Source: an uncultured Sphingomonadaceae bacterium
GTDB taxonomy: Bacteria; Pseudomonadota; Alphaproteobacteria; Sphingomonadales; Sphingomonadaceae
Direction of reading: 5' to 3'
NCBI GenBank assembly: GCA_964244885.1
Contig: CAXTKD010000002.1
Location: forward strand, 40,104-104,103
Length of the DNA: 64,000 bases
Shown piece after piece: positions 42,785 through 53,617 of this stretch (positions are counted from its first letter, which is position 1; every line of letters starts with the position of its first letter). The position numbers and the translations under genes are program-made. The notes below the pieces were generated by a model, which searched no databases, was not told the DNA's origin, and saw nothing but the letters and a program-made list of their open reading frames with translations.

Positions 42785-43663
42785 TTACTCCGTAACCTGG
42801 CACTGGTCGCCCGCCACCCGCATGCGCGCGCAGAGGTTGTCCGCCTTCTCGCGCGATTCGACGCCCGTCGCGCGCAGGCGATAGAGCGCCCCGCCCTCCT
42901 CGCGGTCGATCTTGGCGATCGATTTGGAGAGCCCGGCGAGATAGCTGAACCGCCCGGAGAAACGCTTCCACGCCTCCTCCGCCTTGGCGTTCGAGGAAAA
43001 GGCGCCGAGCTGCAGCGCGAAGCTGCCGCCGCCACTGCTCGGCAGCGCCGTCTTGGGCGTTACGTCGTCCAGCACGTCGGCGAGCCGGTTCTTGCTTGGC
43101 TTCGGCGTCTCCACGACCTTCGGTTTGTCAGCGGGCTTCGGCTCGGGCTTCTTCACCACCGGCAGCTCGGGCTTCTTGACCAATGCCGAGGTCTCGGGCG
43201 GTCGCGGCGGCGCGGGCGGCGTTACCACCGCCGGCTGGATCGTCTCGCCGGGCGCCGCCTGCGGCGCGGTGCGAACCGGCGTACGCGCGACCGGCCGCGC
43301 CATCGGCTCCTCGGGCATCTGGTCGAGCGCGATATCGCCCTCGGGGTCGACTCCGCCCGCCGCCTCGTAGGTCGTCTGGTCGATGCCCTCGACGTTCATG
43401 CCCCCGGCGTTGGCGGGCCGCGTCTTGAACGGCGTGTCGGGCGCGCGGATCAGCGGCACCTCGCCGATGAAGCCGCCATCGACATCCTCGCCCTGGCCGG
43501 GCTTGGCGATCACCGCATAGACCAGCGCTGCGACGAGCAGGAGAAGCGCGCCGAGCAGGATCAGGACAATCTTGAAGCGCCGCCCGGAGACATAGGTCTC
43601 GCGCCCGTCGGGCTCGGCCGAAGCCAGCCATGGTGCCTCTTCATCGTCCCCCCGCAACGCCAC
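42785..43663 (-). CDS. SPOR domain-containing membrane protein
   Basis: An N-terminal TM segment (IVLILLGALLLLVAALVYAVI), a Pro-rich linker and the C-terminal SPOR motif FALQLGAFSSNAKAEEAWKR...YRLRATGVESREKADNLC. Confidence 0.8.
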   Translation of the reverse strand: MALRGDDEEAPWLASAEPDGRETYVSGRRFKIVLILLGALLLLVAALVYAVIAKPGQGEDVDGGFIGEVPLIRAPDTPFKTRPANAGGMNVEGIDQTTYEAAGGVDPEGDIALDQMPEEPMARPVARTPVRTAPQAAPGETIQPAVVTPPAPPRPPETSALVKKPELPVVKKPEPKPADKPKVVETPKPSKNRLADVLDDVTPKTALPSSGGGSFALQLGAFSSNAKAEEAWKRFSGRFSYLAGLSKSIAKIDREEGGALYRLRATGVESREKADNLCARMRVAGDQCQVTE

Positions 43664-43664
43664 T

Positions 43665-45395
43665 TCAGCGCATCTCCTCGACGGGTGTCACTCCCATGAT
43701 CGAAAGCCCGTTCCGCACAACCTGCCCCAGCCCGCGCGCCAGCGCCAGACGCGACGCGGTCAGCACCGGATCCTCGGCGACCAGGAAGCGCCGCTCGGGC
43801 GCGTCGTTGCCGCGGTTCCATAGCGAATGGAACGCCGCCGCCAGGTCGCCGAGGAAGAAGGCGATGCGGTGCGGCTCGTGGCTCGCCGCCGCCGCCTCGA
43901 CCGTCCGCGGCCACTGCGCCATCAGCCGCACCAGCCCCAGCTCCTCGTCGTCCAGCCGCGCGAAATCGGGCGCCGACACGTCGATCCCCGCCTCCGCCGC
44001 CCGCCGCGCCAGCGAATGCACGCGCGCGTGCGCATATTGGACGTAGAACACCGGATTGTCCTTCGATTGCTCCACCACCTTGGCGAAATCGAAGTCCATC
44101 TGCGCGTCGGCCTTGCGGGTCAGCATGGTGAAGCGGACGACGTCCTTGCCGACCTCGTTCACCACATCGGCCAGCGTGACGAAATTGCCCGACCGCTTGG
44201 ACATCTTGACCGGCTCGCCCGCCCGCAGGAGCCTGACCATCTGCACCAGCTTGACGTCGAAAGGCGTCCTGCCTTCGGTCAGCGCCGCGACCGCCGCCTT
44301 GATGCGCTTAACCGTGCCGGCGTGATCGGCGCCCCAGATGTCGATCAGGACGTCGGCGCTCTCCGCCTTCTGGAAGTGGTAGGCGAGGTCGGCGCCGAAA
44401 TAGGTCCAGCCGCCGTTCGACTTCCTGATGGGCCGGTCCTGATCGTCGCCGAACCGCGTCGACCGGAACAGGGGCAGCTCGACGGGCTCCCAGTCCTCGG
44501 GCGTCTCGCCCTTCGGCGCTTCGAGCACACCGTCATAGACGAGGTCGCGCGCCCGCAGCCACGCCTCGGCCGTCTCCGGCTTGCCCGCCGCCTGCAGCGC
44601 GGCCTCGGACGAAAACACGTCGTGATGGATGCCGAGCAACGCGAGATCGGCCCTGATCATTTCGATCATCGCAGCCACCGCCCGCGTGCGGAACGCGACA
44701 AGCCACTCGCTTTCCGGCGCTTTGACGAACTGGCTGCCGAACTCGCTGGCCAGCGATTGGCCTACCGGCTTCAGATAATCGCCGGGATAGAACCCTTCCG
44801 GAATCTCGCCGATGTCCTCGCCCAGCGCCTCGCGGTAGCGCAGGTGCGCGGAGCGCGCGAGCGTATCGACCTGCCCGCCGGCATCGTTGACATAATATTC
44901 GCGAGTCACCGCGTAACCGGCATGCTCCAGCAAGGCCGCCAGCGCATCGCCGACCACCGCACCCCGGCAATGCCCCATATGCATCGGCCCCGTCGGGTTG
45001 GCCGAGACATATTCGACGTTGACCCGCTTGCCCTGCCCCGCCGACGACTGCCCGTAGGCCTCGCCCTCGTCCAGGATCGTCGCAAGCTCGTCGCGCCACA
45101 CGCCGGGTGCCAGCCGCAGGTTGATGAACCCCGGCCCCGCGATCTCGACCGAGGTGACCTCGGCGAGCTGCTCCAGCTTCGGCCCGATCAGCGCGGCGAG
45201 CGTACGCGGGTTGGTCCCCGCGGTCTTCGCCAGCACCATCGCGGCGTTGGTCGAAAGGTCGCCATGGCTGGTGTCGCGCGGCGGCTCGACCGTGACGTGA
45301 CGCCGGTCCAGCCCGCGCGGCAGCGCCCCTTCAGCCTCCAGCGCATCGAGCGCGGCGTCGAGATGGGCGGCGAAACGGGCGTAGAGCGTCGGCAA
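43665..45395 (-). CDS. argS: Arginine--tRNA ligase
   Basis: [15 protein letters not shown] is the HIGH motif and [11 protein letters not shown] is the KMSK motif. The product is 576 aa. Confidence 0.97.
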   Translation of the reverse strand: MPTLYARFAAHLDAALDALEAEGALPRGLDRRHVTVEPPRDTSHGDLSTNAAMVLAKTAGTNPRTLAALIGPKLEQLAEVTSVEIAGPGFINLRLAPGVWRDELATILDEGEAYGQSSAGQGKRVNVEYVSANPTGPMHMGHCRGAVVGDALAALLEHAGYAVTREYYVNDAGGQVDTLARSAHLRYREALGEDIGEIPEGFYPGDYLKPVGQSLASEFGSQFVKAPESEWLVAFRTRAVAAMIEMIRADLALLGIHHDVFSSEAALQAAGKPETAEAWLRARDLVYDGVLEAPKGETPEDWEPVELPLFRSTRFGDDQDRPIRKSNGGWTYFGADLAYHFQKAESADVLIDIWGADHAGTVKRIKAAVAALTEGRTPFDVKLVQMVRLLRAGEPVKMSKRSGNFVTLADVVNEVGKDVVRFTMLTRKADAQMDFDFAKVVEQSKDNPVFYVQYAHARVHSLARRAAEAGIDVSAPDFARLDDEELGLVRLMAQWPRTVEAAAASHEPHRIAFFLGDLAAAFHSLWNRGNDAPERRFLVAEDPVLTASRLALARGLGQVVRNGLSIMGVTPVEEMR

Positions 45396-45482
45396 GGGAT
45401 TTCTCGTCAGTTAATCGCGAGGCCCGCCTCTACTCAATCCCCGCCCACTCGTCATGCCGATTTAGAACACTCTCGCGGAGCG

Positions 45483-46688
45483 CTAGGGCAGATAACTGAA
45501 CAGCGGCAAGTCGCTCCGGGTCTGCGGCACGACATCGATTTCTTCCTCGGGGAATTTGATCGGCCCGATATTCCGCTCATGGAAACGAACCGCGTAGCGG
45601 TCGGTCATTCCCGCGATGAAATCGGCGACGTGGCGCGCGAACTGCGGCTCTCCCACCGGCGCGGACGCGCCCCACTGGTCGGGCAAGCCGCCGACGCTGT
45701 GGAGATGATCGAACAGCCCCGCCACCACCTCCCTGGCCGGCTCGCGGACGCGCAGGTTCATCGGGTGGTAGTACATGTTCTGCCGAAGGAAGCGCTTCAG
45801 CTCCTTTTCGCACGCCGCCATCGGATCGGAGAAGGCGATCAGCGTCTTCCCCGCATCGCGCACCGCCTCGACCGAACCAGGGTTCGCGGCCTCGATCCGC
45901 CGCGTCGATTCCTTCATCAGGTCGCTAACCATCCGGCCGATCATGTGACGCACCAGCTCGGCCGGCATGCGCTCGCGCCGGCCGTTCGGGTGCAGTTCGT
46001 TCACCGCCTTCCAGCATTCGGCGACGAACGGCACCTCCAGCGCCGCGTCGAGCGTGAACAGCCCGGCGCGGAGGCCATCGTCGAGGTCGTGGTTATCGTA
46101 GGCGATGTCGTCGGCGAGCGCCGCGACCTGCGCCTCGAGGCTGGAATAGCTCGTCAGATCCAGCGGATAGTCCGCGTCGATCTCAGCCAGCGCCCAGCTC
46201 GGCTGGTAGACGGGTCCATTATGCTTGGCCAGGCCCTCCAGCGTCTCCCACGTCAGGTTAAGCCCGTCAAAGTCGGCGTAGCGCTGCTCCATGCGGGTGA
46301 CGATGCGCAGCGTGTGCGCATTATGATCAAAGCCGCCCCACGGCTCCATCTTCGCGGTCAGCACGTCCTCGCCGACATGCCCGAACGGCGGGTGGCCCAG
46401 GTCGTGCGCCAGGCACAGCACCTCGGTCAGATCCTCGTGCAGCCCCAGCCTCCGTCCGATCACCCGGCCGATCTGCGCGACCTCCAGGCTGTGCGTCAGC
46501 CGCGTCCGGAAATGGTCGCCGTCGGGCGACACGAACACCTGCGTCTTGTGCTTCAGCCGGCGGAACGCCGTCGCATGGATCACCCGGTCCCGGTCGCGCT
46601 GGAACGGGTCGCGCGAGGCGCTTTCGGACTGCACGTGCTGCCGCCCGCGCGACCGCGCGGGATCGGAGGCATAAGGCGCAAGGGTCAT
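45483..46688 (-). CDS. dgt: dGTP triphosphohydrolase-like HD-domain protein
   Basis: FQRDRDRVIHATAFRRLKHKTQVF...THSLEVAQIGR...AHDLGHPPFGH. Confidence 0.9.
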   Translation of the reverse strand: MTLAPYASDPARSRGRQHVQSESASRDPFQRDRDRVIHATAFRRLKHKTQVFVSPDGDHFRTRLTHSLEVAQIGRVIGRRLGLHEDLTEVLCLAHDLGHPPFGHVGEDVLTAKMEPWGGFDHNAHTLRIVTRMEQRYADFDGLNLTWETLEGLAKHNGPVYQPSWALAEIDADYPLDLTSYSSLEAQVAALADDIAYDNHDLDDGLRAGLFTLDAALEVPFVAECWKAVNELHPNGRRERMPAELVRHMIGRMVSDLMKESTRRIEAANPGSVEAVRDAGKTLIAFSDPMAACEKELKRFLRQNMYYHPMNLRVREPAREVVAGLFDHLHSVGGLPDQWGASAPVGEPQFARHVADFIAGMTDRYAVRFHERNIGPIKFPEEEIDVVPQTRSDLPLFSYLP

Positions 46689-47824
46689 TTCAGCTCTCCG
46701 GAAACCTCGACGCCCGCGGCCGTCGTTACCGGAAAACCGCCGAGACCCCGCGCCTTCAAACGCAGCACCGCCGCATTCGCCGCCGCGCGCGTCGCGAACG
46801 GCCCGATCAGCAGCTTGTTGCCCGCTGGCGTATGTAGAACCATGGGTTCGCGCAGGTCGGCAAGGCCCTTGCCCGCCTTGACGATCTCCGCCCAGCCACC
46901 GGCGAGCCGCGTTGCGTCGCTAACGTTGGCGACTTGCACCCACAGCCGGCTCGGCGATGACTTGGGGGCGGGCACTGTAGCCGCGAGCGGCGCTATCGGC
47001 GCGATCGGCCTCGTCTTGACCACCGGCGCCTGCCCGCCGGGCAGCCGTCCGAACAGCGCCGCCATCGTCTTGTCGCGCGCCGGCAGGCCGGGCAGCGCCG
47101 CGAAGAAGCTGGACATGGCGCGCGCCTGGTCGGGCGTCAGGATCGCCGCCGCGATCTCGTCGGCGGTCGCGGGATCGCCGGTCAGCGCATAGACCATCGC
47201 CATGGTCTGGCGCAGCGGCACGGACTTACTGCCGTCGGCCTCGAAGCGCCGCAGCACCTGCAGCGCCGCCGGGCGGCTTCCCGACACCGCGAGCGACAGC
47301 GACAGCCGTCGTGCCGCCTCGATGTCCTCCGGACGGCTCGCCAGAACGCCGGCATAGGCGACCTGCGCCGAGCGGAAGTCGCCGAGCAGGTCGTAGGCCA
47401 CCCCCCGCTGCGTGCCGATCCGCTCCTTCGACGCGCCCAGCGCCTCGGCCCGCGCCAGCGCGGTCAGCGCATCGGCGGGCTGCAGCCGCAGCACCAGCGC
47501 GGTGCCAAGCCCGAGGTGCGCGAGCGCGCTCGCCGGCTCGGCGCGCGTCCACCCCGAATAATAAGCGAAGGCGTCCGCCCCATCACCGCGCCGCAGCGCG
47601 TTCTCGCCCGCGGCGGTCAACGCGGGAATGTTGGCGGGGTCGGCGGCGAGCGCCAGGTCGTAGAACGCCATCGCCTGGCGCGTATCGCCCTGCGCGTCCC
47701 TCTCCCGCCCCATCTGAACCAGCCGCGCCGGATCGCGAAGCGCCGCGACGCCGCGCTCGGGCGACGCCGCCAGCGCCGCGCTGGCCAGCAGCGCCAGCGT
47801 CAACGCGGCAAGCCTCATCGTCAT
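46685..47824 (-). CDS. TPR-repeat plus C-terminal SPOR-domain protein (secreted)
   Basis: A signal peptide is followed by TPR-like helices (AMAFYDLALAADPAN..., GLGTALVLRLQPADAL...). The C-terminus WVQVANVSDATRLAGGW...LIGPFATRAAANAAVLRLKARG is SPOR-like. Confidence 0.7.
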   Translation of the reverse strand: MTMRLAALTLALLASAALAASPERGVAALRDPARLVQMGRERDAQGDTRQAMAFYDLALAADPANIPALTAAGENALRRGDGADAFAYYSGWTRAEPASALAHLGLGTALVLRLQPADALTALARAEALGASKERIGTQRGVAYDLLGDFRSAQVAYAGVLASRPEDIEAARRLSLSLAVSGSRPAALQVLRRFEADGSKSVPLRQTMAMVYALTGDPATADEIAAAILTPDQARAMSSFFAALPGLPARDKTMAALFGRLPGGQAPVVKTRPIAPIAPLAATVPAPKSSPSRLWVQVANVSDATRLAGGWAEIVKAGKGLADLREPMVLHTPAGNKLLIGPFATRAAANAAVLRLKARGLGGFPVTTAAGVEVSGELK

Positions 47825-47862
47825 GCGCGCACCCTCGCGTCGGCGCGCCGCACGGTCAAGCG

Positions 47863-48120
47863 TCAGAACAGTCCGCCGCCCAGCATCAGCCGCACCACGC
47901 CGACGGCGATGACCACGAGGTTCAGGTTACGGCCCGATTTCGAGCCCGAGAGCGCGCCGAACGCAAGACCGACGACCGCCACCGGGATGATGAACCAGTT
48001 CGCCCAGCCGACGAACGGCAGGAAGGCGACCAGCGCCAAGCATAGCGCGACCGCGCCGATCAGCAGGGAGACGAGGTTTAACATGCCGCGCAAATTGGTG
48101 CTTGGGCCGGCTCGTGACAA
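47863..48120 (-). CDS. Small hypothetical membrane protein
   Basis: Two or three TM segments (LLIGAVALCLALVAFLPFVGWANWFIIPVAVVGLAF). The start may instead be ATG 48084. Confidence 0.4.
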   Translation of the reverse strand: MSRAGPSTNLRGMLNLVSLLIGAVALCLALVAFLPFVGWANWFIIPVAVVGLAFGALSGSKSGRNLNLVVIAVGVVRLMLGGGLF

Positions 48121-48121
48121 T

Positions 48122-48146
48122 CCCCTCTCCTGGTCGAGGAGAGGGG
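48122..48146 (-). terminator. Hairpin immediately downstream of ftsZ (possible terminator or attenuator)
   Basis: CCCCTCTCC-TGGTCGA-GGAGAGGGG lies 10 nt after the ftsZ stop. There is no clear U-tract. Confidence 0.35.
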
Positions 48147-48155
48147 ACTTGTTCG

Positions 48156-49607
48156 CTAGTCGTTGACCTGCCGCTTGAAGAAGCGCGGGATTTCGAGCGG
48201 GTCCTGCGCGGCTTCGGGCTCATAGGCCGGCGACGCGAGTGTCGCCACCGGCTCGGCCTTCGCCTTCGGCGCACCACGACCCATCGTGATCATCCGCTCG
48301 AACAGCGTCAGGGGCCGCTCTTCCTCGGCATGCTGCTCCTCGCGCATCGAGACCGGCGCCGGCTCATAGGCCGGCGGGGCGGCGACGACCGGCTCCGGCC
48401 GCATCGGCGTGACGTTGGCGGGTGCCTCCTCGATCTCGTCGGCCATGTCGAGGTCGAGAACGTCGAGCTCTTCGGTCTCCATCACCGGCTCCTCGGCCTC
48501 GATCATCACGGGCTCGGGAGCGGGTTCCTCGATCGGCTCGATCGCGGCGGGCATCGGCATTGGCCTGGCGGCCGGCGCGAAGCCGTTGGCGATGTTGCCG
48601 AAGCTCATCGCCGGGCGCGACGGCAGCGACACGGTCTTGGCGGCGGCGTCGATGCCGGTCGCGACGACCGAGACACGCATGCGCCCCTCGAGATCGGCGT
48701 TGAACGCCGAGCCGACGATGATGTTGGCGTCGGGATCGACCATCTCGCGGATGTGGTTCGCCGCCTCGTCAACTTCCATCAGGCGGAGGTCGTCGCCGCC
48801 GGTGATGTTGATGATGACGCCCTTGGCGCCGCGCATCGAGACTTCGTCGAGCAGCGGGTTGGCGATCGCCTTCTCCGCCGCCTCGATCGCCCGGTTGTCG
48901 CCCGCGGCCTCGCCCGTGCCCATCATCGCCTTGCCCATTTCGGACATGACGGTGCGGATGTCGGCGAAGTCGAGGTTGATCAGGCCCGGCATGATCATCA
49001 GGTCGGTGATGCCACGCACGCCCTGGTGCAGCACCTGGTCCGCCATCGAGAACGCTTCCTTGAAGGTCGTGTTCGCGTTGGCGATCAGGAACAGGTTCTG
49101 GTTCGGAATGATGATGAGCGTATCGACGACCTTCTGCAGCTCGTTGATGCCCTCTTCCGCAGCGCGCATCCGGCGCTGGCCCTCGAACGAGAACGGCTTG
49201 GTGACGACGCCGACCGTCAGGATACCGCGCTCGCGCGCCGCGCGGGCGACGACGGGGGCCGCGCCGGTTCCGGTGCCGCCGCCCATGCCGGCGGTGATGA
49301 AGCACATGTGGCTGCCGTCGAGCGCGCTTTCGAGCTGGTCGATCGTCTCCTCGGCCGCCGCACGGCCGATCTCGGGACGGGCGCCGGCGCCGAGACCCTG
49401 CGTGATCTTCAGGCCGAGCTGGATGCGCGTCTCGGCGCTTGCATGCGCCAGCGCCTGGGCGTCGGTGTTGCAGACGACGAAATCGACGCCCTTCAGACCG
49501 CTCGCCACCATGTTGTTGACCGCGTTGCCACCCGCGCCGCCGACGCCGATGACGGTGATGCGAGGCTTCAGCTCGGTGAGTTCCGGCCGCTTCAGTTCCA
49601 GGCTCAT
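48156..49607 (-). CDS. ftsZ: Cell division protein FtsZ
   Basis: The tubulin signature [13 protein letters not shown] is present. An N-terminal GTPase core is followed by a long disordered linker and the C-terminal peptide [12 protein letters not shown]. Confidence 0.97.
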   Translation of the reverse strand: MSLELKRPELTELKPRITVIGVGGAGGNAVNNMVASGLKGVDFVVCNTDAQALAHASAETRIQLGLKITQGLGAGARPEIGRAAAEETIDQLESALDGSHMCFITAGMGGGTGTGAAPVVARAARERGILTVGVVTKPFSFEGQRRMRAAEEGINELQKVVDTLIIIPNQNLFLIANANTTFKEAFSMADQVLHQGVRGITDLMIMPGLINLDFADIRTVMSEMGKAMMGTGEAAGDNRAIEAAEKAIANPLLDEVSMRGAKGVIINITGGDDLRLMEVDEAANHIREMVDPDANIIVGSAFNADLEGRMRVSVVATGIDAAAKTVSLPSRPAMSFGNIANGFAPAARPMPMPAAIEPIEEPAPEPVMIEAEEPVMETEELDVLDLDMADEIEEAPANVTPMRPEPVVAAPPAYEPAPVSMREEQHAEEERPLTLFERMITMGRGAPKAKAEPVATLASPAYEPEAAQDPLEIPRFFKRQVND

Positions 49608-49649
49608 GTCTTCCTCCTTGAAGGGCGCGCGGCCCCATTCCCCGTGTGT

Positions 49650-50909
49650 TTAGATACTTGCTCTCAGCAGTGTGATCATTCGCTGCAATCGTCCGCCGCC
49701 GCCGGTCCCGGTGGCGCGGAGCGCGACCGGCGTTGCGACGTTCATGATGTCCTCGATTCCCGACCCGGCGTAGAGCGCGAGGCCCGCCAGGGTCGAGAAG
49801 GCACAGCCCGACTGCGCCTCGGGAAGGCCGATCAGCCCGCGCGGACGGCCGAGCCGCACCGAGCGCCCCAGCAGCCCCTGCGCGAAGTCGGCGATCGACT
49901 TCAGCTCGGCGCCGCCGCCGGTCAGCACGACCTGCCGGCCCATCGGCCCGACGAAGCCCATCTCGGCCAGCCGCTCGCCGACCTCGCCGAACAGCAGGTC
50001 GAGGCGCTGGCGGATGACCGAGATCAACTGCGCGCGCGTGCAGCGCGTCGGCTCCACGCCGTCGTCGTCGCTGATCGGCACGACCTCGATCATGTCGTGG
50101 TTGTCCTTCGGCGATGTGGTCGCCGAGCCGTAGAAGGTCTTCATCCGCTCGGCATGCACCCGGCGGGTCGAGAAGGCGGAGGCGATGTCGTCGGTGATGT
50201 CGGACGAGCCCATCGCGATCGAGGCGAGGCCGACGAGCATCCCCCGCGCGTGGACCGCGACGTTGGTCACCCCCGCGCCGATCTCGACCAGCGCAACGCC
50301 GAGCTCGCGCTCTTCCGGCGCCAGGCAGGCGAGGCCCGCCGCGACCGGGGAGGCGACGATCGTCTCGACGCCCAAATGCGCGTTCCGGACGGACACGTCG
50401 AGGTTGCGGATGGGCGGCGTGTCGGCGGTGATCAGGTGGATGTCGACGCCCAGGCGGTCGGCGTGGAAGCCGAGCGGGTTGGTCACCGGCGTCGTACCGT
50501 CGATCATATAGAGCGCCGGCTGCGCGTGGAGGATCGTGCGGTGACCGGGGTTGAGCCGCGCCCGGCCTTCCCCCTGCACATGCTCGATGTCGGCGCGCTC
50601 GATGCGGTGGCCCGCGATATCGACCTCGACGCTCACGGTGTCGCTGTCGAGGCCGCCGGCGGAGATGTTGACAAAAACGGTCTCGGCCTGGATTCCGGCG
50701 TTGCGCTCGGCCTGGTCCATCGCCGCGCGGATCGCGGTCTCGGTCAGCGCCATGTCGGCGATCAGGCCCTGGCGGACACCCTGGCAGACGCGCTGGCCGA
50801 CGCCGATGACGCGCGGGCTACCGTCGCCGCCGATCATCGCGATCAGCGCCGCCACCTTGGACGACCCGACATCAAGCGCCGCAACGACGCGATCCCCACG
50901 CGAACTCAT
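49650..50909 (-). CDS. ftsA: Cell division protein FtsA
   Basis: An actin-fold protein (VVAALDVGSSKV...VEIGAGVTNVAV) in the dcw position between ftsQ and ftsZ. Confidence 0.95.
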   Translation of the reverse strand: MSSRGDRVVAALDVGSSKVAALIAMIGGDGSPRVIGVGQRVCQGVRQGLIADMALTETAIRAAMDQAERNAGIQAETVFVNISAGGLDSDTVSVEVDIAGHRIERADIEHVQGEGRARLNPGHRTILHAQPALYMIDGTTPVTNPLGFHADRLGVDIHLITADTPPIRNLDVSVRNAHLGVETIVASPVAAGLACLAPEERELGVALVEIGAGVTNVAVHARGMLVGLASIAMGSSDITDDIASAFSTRRVHAERMKTFYGSATTSPKDNHDMIEVVPISDDDGVEPTRCTRAQLISVIRQRLDLLFGEVGERLAEMGFVGPMGRQVVLTGGGAELKSIADFAQGLLGRSVRLGRPRGLIGLPEAQSGCAFSTLAGLALYAGSGIEDIMNVATPVALRATGTGGGGRLQRMITLLRASI

Positions 50910-50922
50910 TGCGCCAACTCCC

Positions 50923-51807
50923 TCATATTTCGGTCCCTGTATAGGGCAAAGCCTGCACGCCCGGCTCGCCCGAGACGCGAACGGTCATCCGGTCGGGCAG
51001 CCGCATGTCGAAGCGCGCGAAGCCGCGCCCCAGGAGGCCGTTCGCCTCCTCCATCTTCCTGAACGCGGCGAGCGCATGGCCCGCTCTGTCATAGCCCTCG
51101 GGCAGCGCGAGCGTCTCGCCCGACTTGAAGCGGATGTCCCAGCGCCGCGAGCCGATCCACGTCGCGCTGTCGAGGCGCTGGCGGACGTCCGGATAGGTCG
51201 CGAGCAGCGCCATCAGCGGGTGCGCCTCAAGATTCGCCTGCGGCCCGACGATCAGCGGCAAGGAGGCGAAGCGCTCCAGCCCCTTGGTTTCCAAGACGAC
51301 GCCGTCGCGGTCGATCACCCTCAGCTTGTGGCGATACTGCCAGAGCGCCATCGGCTGGCGTTCCACGACCGCGACGACGAGCGTGTCCGGCAGCTTGCGC
51401 GACACGCTGGCGTCGGCAACCCACGGCAGCGCCTTCAGCCGCGCGCGGATGTCGTCGAGGCTGACGAGAAGCATCGAATCGGTCGGCCCTTCGACGGCGG
51501 CGGCATAGACCGCCATCCGCGACACATGCTTGATGCCGCTGACCTCGACATGACGCACCTCGAAGCCCGAGTTCGCCGCGGTGCGCGCCGTCTCGAACCA
51601 CAGACCCTGCGGGATGCCGGCGAGCCACAGGCCGACGCCCGCGCCGATCACCGCCAATGACAGAACCACGCCGCCGACAAGCCGGCGAAGGCGCCGCGGC
51701 CCGACCGGCACGCGCACCTTGGCCTCGGCCGGCGCGCGGCGCTTCGGCGCAGCCCGCTTCTGCGGCTTGGGCACCTGGCCCCGCTTTAAGGCGATCCGCT
51801 CGCTCAT
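50923..51807 (-). CDS. ftsQ: Cell division protein FtsQ
   Basis: A basic N-terminus and a TM segment are followed by POTRA (FEVRHVEVSGIKHVS). The position matches the dcw order. Confidence 0.85.
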   Translation of the reverse strand: MSERIALKRGQVPKPQKRAAPKRRAPAEAKVRVPVGPRRLRRLVGGVVLSLAVIGAGVGLWLAGIPQGLWFETARTAANSGFEVRHVEVSGIKHVSRMAVYAAAVEGPTDSMLLVSLDDIRARLKALPWVADASVSRKLPDTLVVAVVERQPMALWQYRHKLRVIDRDGVVLETKGLERFASLPLIVGPQANLEAHPLMALLATYPDVRQRLDSATWIGSRRWDIRFKSGETLALPEGYDRAGHALAAFRKMEEANGLLGRGFARFDMRLPDRMTVRVSGEPGVQALPYTGTEI

Positions 51808-52715
51808 GCGGCGCTCGCCAGCAGGCGGCCGACCAGCGTGTCGTAGTCCATCCCGCGATAGCGCGCCTGCTCGGGCACCAGGCTGAGCGGCGTCATCCCC
51901 GGCTGGGTATTGACCTCCAGCAGATACAGCCCGGCAACGCCCTCCCGGTCGTCGAACCGGAAGTCGGAGCGGGAGGCGCCCCGGCAGCCGAGCACCCGGT
52001 GCGCCTTAGCCGCCATCGCCATCGCCTCGGCGGCAACATCGGCGGCGATGTTCGCCGGGCATTCGTGGACCGTCAGTCCATCGGTGTACTTGGCGTCATA
52101 ATCGTAGAAGCCGCTCTTGGTCGTCAGTTCGGTCACCGCCAGCGGCTCGCCGTCGAGCACGGCGACAGTCAATTCCTTGCCCGCGATGAACGGCTCTGCG
52201 AGCAGCGTCTCGAACTCCGCCCACGGCCCCGCCGCGTCGCGCGCGATCGGGTTGCCGTAGTTGCTCGCGTCGGTGACGATCGCGACGCCGACCGACGAGC
52301 CCTCGTTGACCGGCTTCAGCACATAGGGGCGCGGCAGCGGGTCGCCGTCGTGGACCGAACGGGCATCGACCACCCGGCCGCCCGGCATGCGGATCCCCGC
52401 CTCGGCCAGCACCTTCTTGGTCAGTTCCTTGTCGATCGCGATCACTGACGTCTCAAGCCCCGAATGCGTGTAGGGAATGCCCATCAGGTCCAGCATGCCC
52501 TGCACGGTCCCATCCTCCCCGGGGGTGCCATGCAGCGCATTGAACACCACGTCGGGCTTCACTCCCAGCAGCCTGGCGGCGATATCGCGCCCCATGTCGA
52601 TCTCGGTGACTTCGTGGCCGAGACGCCGCAACGCCGCCGCGATTCCCCGGCCGGAGGTCAGCGAAACCTCGCGCTCCGACGACCAGCCGCCCATCAGGAC
52701 TGCGACATGGGTCAT
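51804..52715 (-). CDS. ddl: D-alanine--D-alanine ligase
   Basis: MTHVAVLMGGWSSEREVSLTSG...VFNALHGTPGEDGTVQGMLD...YLLEVNTQPGMT. The ATG is at 52715. The 690-aa ORF in the track is an alternate-frame extension through murB. Confidence 0.95.
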   Translation of the reverse strand: MTHVAVLMGGWSSEREVSLTSGRGIAAALRRLGHEVTEIDMGRDIAARLLGVKPDVVFNALHGTPGEDGTVQGMLDLMGIPYTHSGLETSVIAIDKELTKKVLAEAGIRMPGGRVVDARSVHDGDPLPRPYVLKPVNEGSSVGVAIVTDASNYGNPIARDAAGPWAEFETLLAEPFIAGKELTVAVLDGEPLAVTELTTKSGFYDYDAKYTDGLTVHECPANIAADVAAEAMAMAAKAHRVLGCRGASRSDFRFDDREGVAGLYLLEVNTQPGMTPLSLVPEQARYRGMDYDTLVGRLLASAA

Positions 52716-53617
52716 GGTTTGCCCACCCGCTGGATTTCCCACTCCAGCTCGACGCCGCTGTTCGCCTTGACGCGCGTACGGACTTCCTCGCCGAGCTTTT
52801 CGATGTCGGCGCTCGTTGCGCCGCCGGTGTTGAGCAGGAAGTTGGTATGCTTCTCGCTGACCTGCGCGCCGCCGACGCGGAGGCCGCGGCAGCCGGCGGC
52901 ATCGACCAGCGCCCAAGCTTTGCCGCTTGGCGGGTTCTTGAAGGTCGAGCCGCCGGTGCGCGAGCGCAGCGGCTGGCTCGCCTCGCGCTCGGCGGCGATG
53001 CGGTCCATCTCGGCGCCGATCGCGGCCTTGTCGCCCGGCGTGCCGCGGAACAGCGCCTCGACAACGATGTCGCCGTCGGAGAGGGTCGAATGGCGGTAGG
53101 TGAAATCGAACGCCGCGGCGGGAAGCGTCTTCACCTCGCCCCGGCGCGTCACGACCGTCGCCTCGACCAGGATGTCGGCGACCTCGCGCCCGTAAGCGCC
53201 GGCGTTCATCCGCACCGCGCCGCCGACCGTGCCTGGAATGCCGCGGAGGAACTCGAGCCCCGCAAGGCCCGCGTCGCGCGCGCCGCTCGCGACGGTGATC
53301 CCCATTGCCGCCGCACCCGCGCGAACCAACTCGCCCTCGATCGACACGCCCGCAAAGCTCTTCGGCAGACGAATGACGACGCCATCGACGCCGCCGTCGC
53401 GAACGATCAGGTTCGATCCCACGCCGACCGCCATCACCGGCATGTCGGCATCCAGGTCGGCCAGGAACGCCGTGAGATCCGCGACATCCTTCGGGCGCAC
53501 GAGCCATTCGGCCCCGCCGCCGGTCCTGAACCAGATGAAGTCGGCCAGGCTGGCGTTCGCCTCGACGCTCCCCCGGAGCGCGGGGATGCCGTGGGCCTCG
53601 ATGATCTCGGCCGCCAT
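52712..53617 (-). CDS. murB: UDP-N-acetylenolpyruvoylglucosamine reductase
   Basis: WFRTGGGAEWLVRPKD...MAVGVGSNLIVRD...GGSTFKNP. The ATG at 53617 overlaps the murC stop by 1 nt. Confidence 0.9.
   Translation of the reverse strand: MAAEIIEAHGIPALRGSVEANASLADFIWFRTGGGAEWLVRPKDVADLTAFLADLDADMPVMAVGVGSNLIVRDGGVDGVVIRLPKSFAGVSIEGELVRAGAAAMGITVASGARDAGLAGLEFLRGIPGTVGGAVRMNAGAYGREVADILVEATVVTRRGEVKTLPAAAFDFTYRHSTLSDGDIVVEALFRGTPGDKAAIGAEMDRIAAEREASQPLRSRTGGSTFKNPPSGKAWALVDAAGCRGLRVGGAQVSEKHTNFLLNTGGATSADIEKLGEEVRTRVKANSGVELEWEIQRVGKP

Noticed and set aside
43827-47192. 1121-aa plus-strand ORF
   Set aside because: It is antisense to argS, dgt and the TPR-SPOR gene, all of which have clear catalytic motifs on the minus strand.
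48102-51062. 986-aa plus-strand ORF
   Set aside because: It is antisense to ftsZ and ftsA and is a GC artefact.
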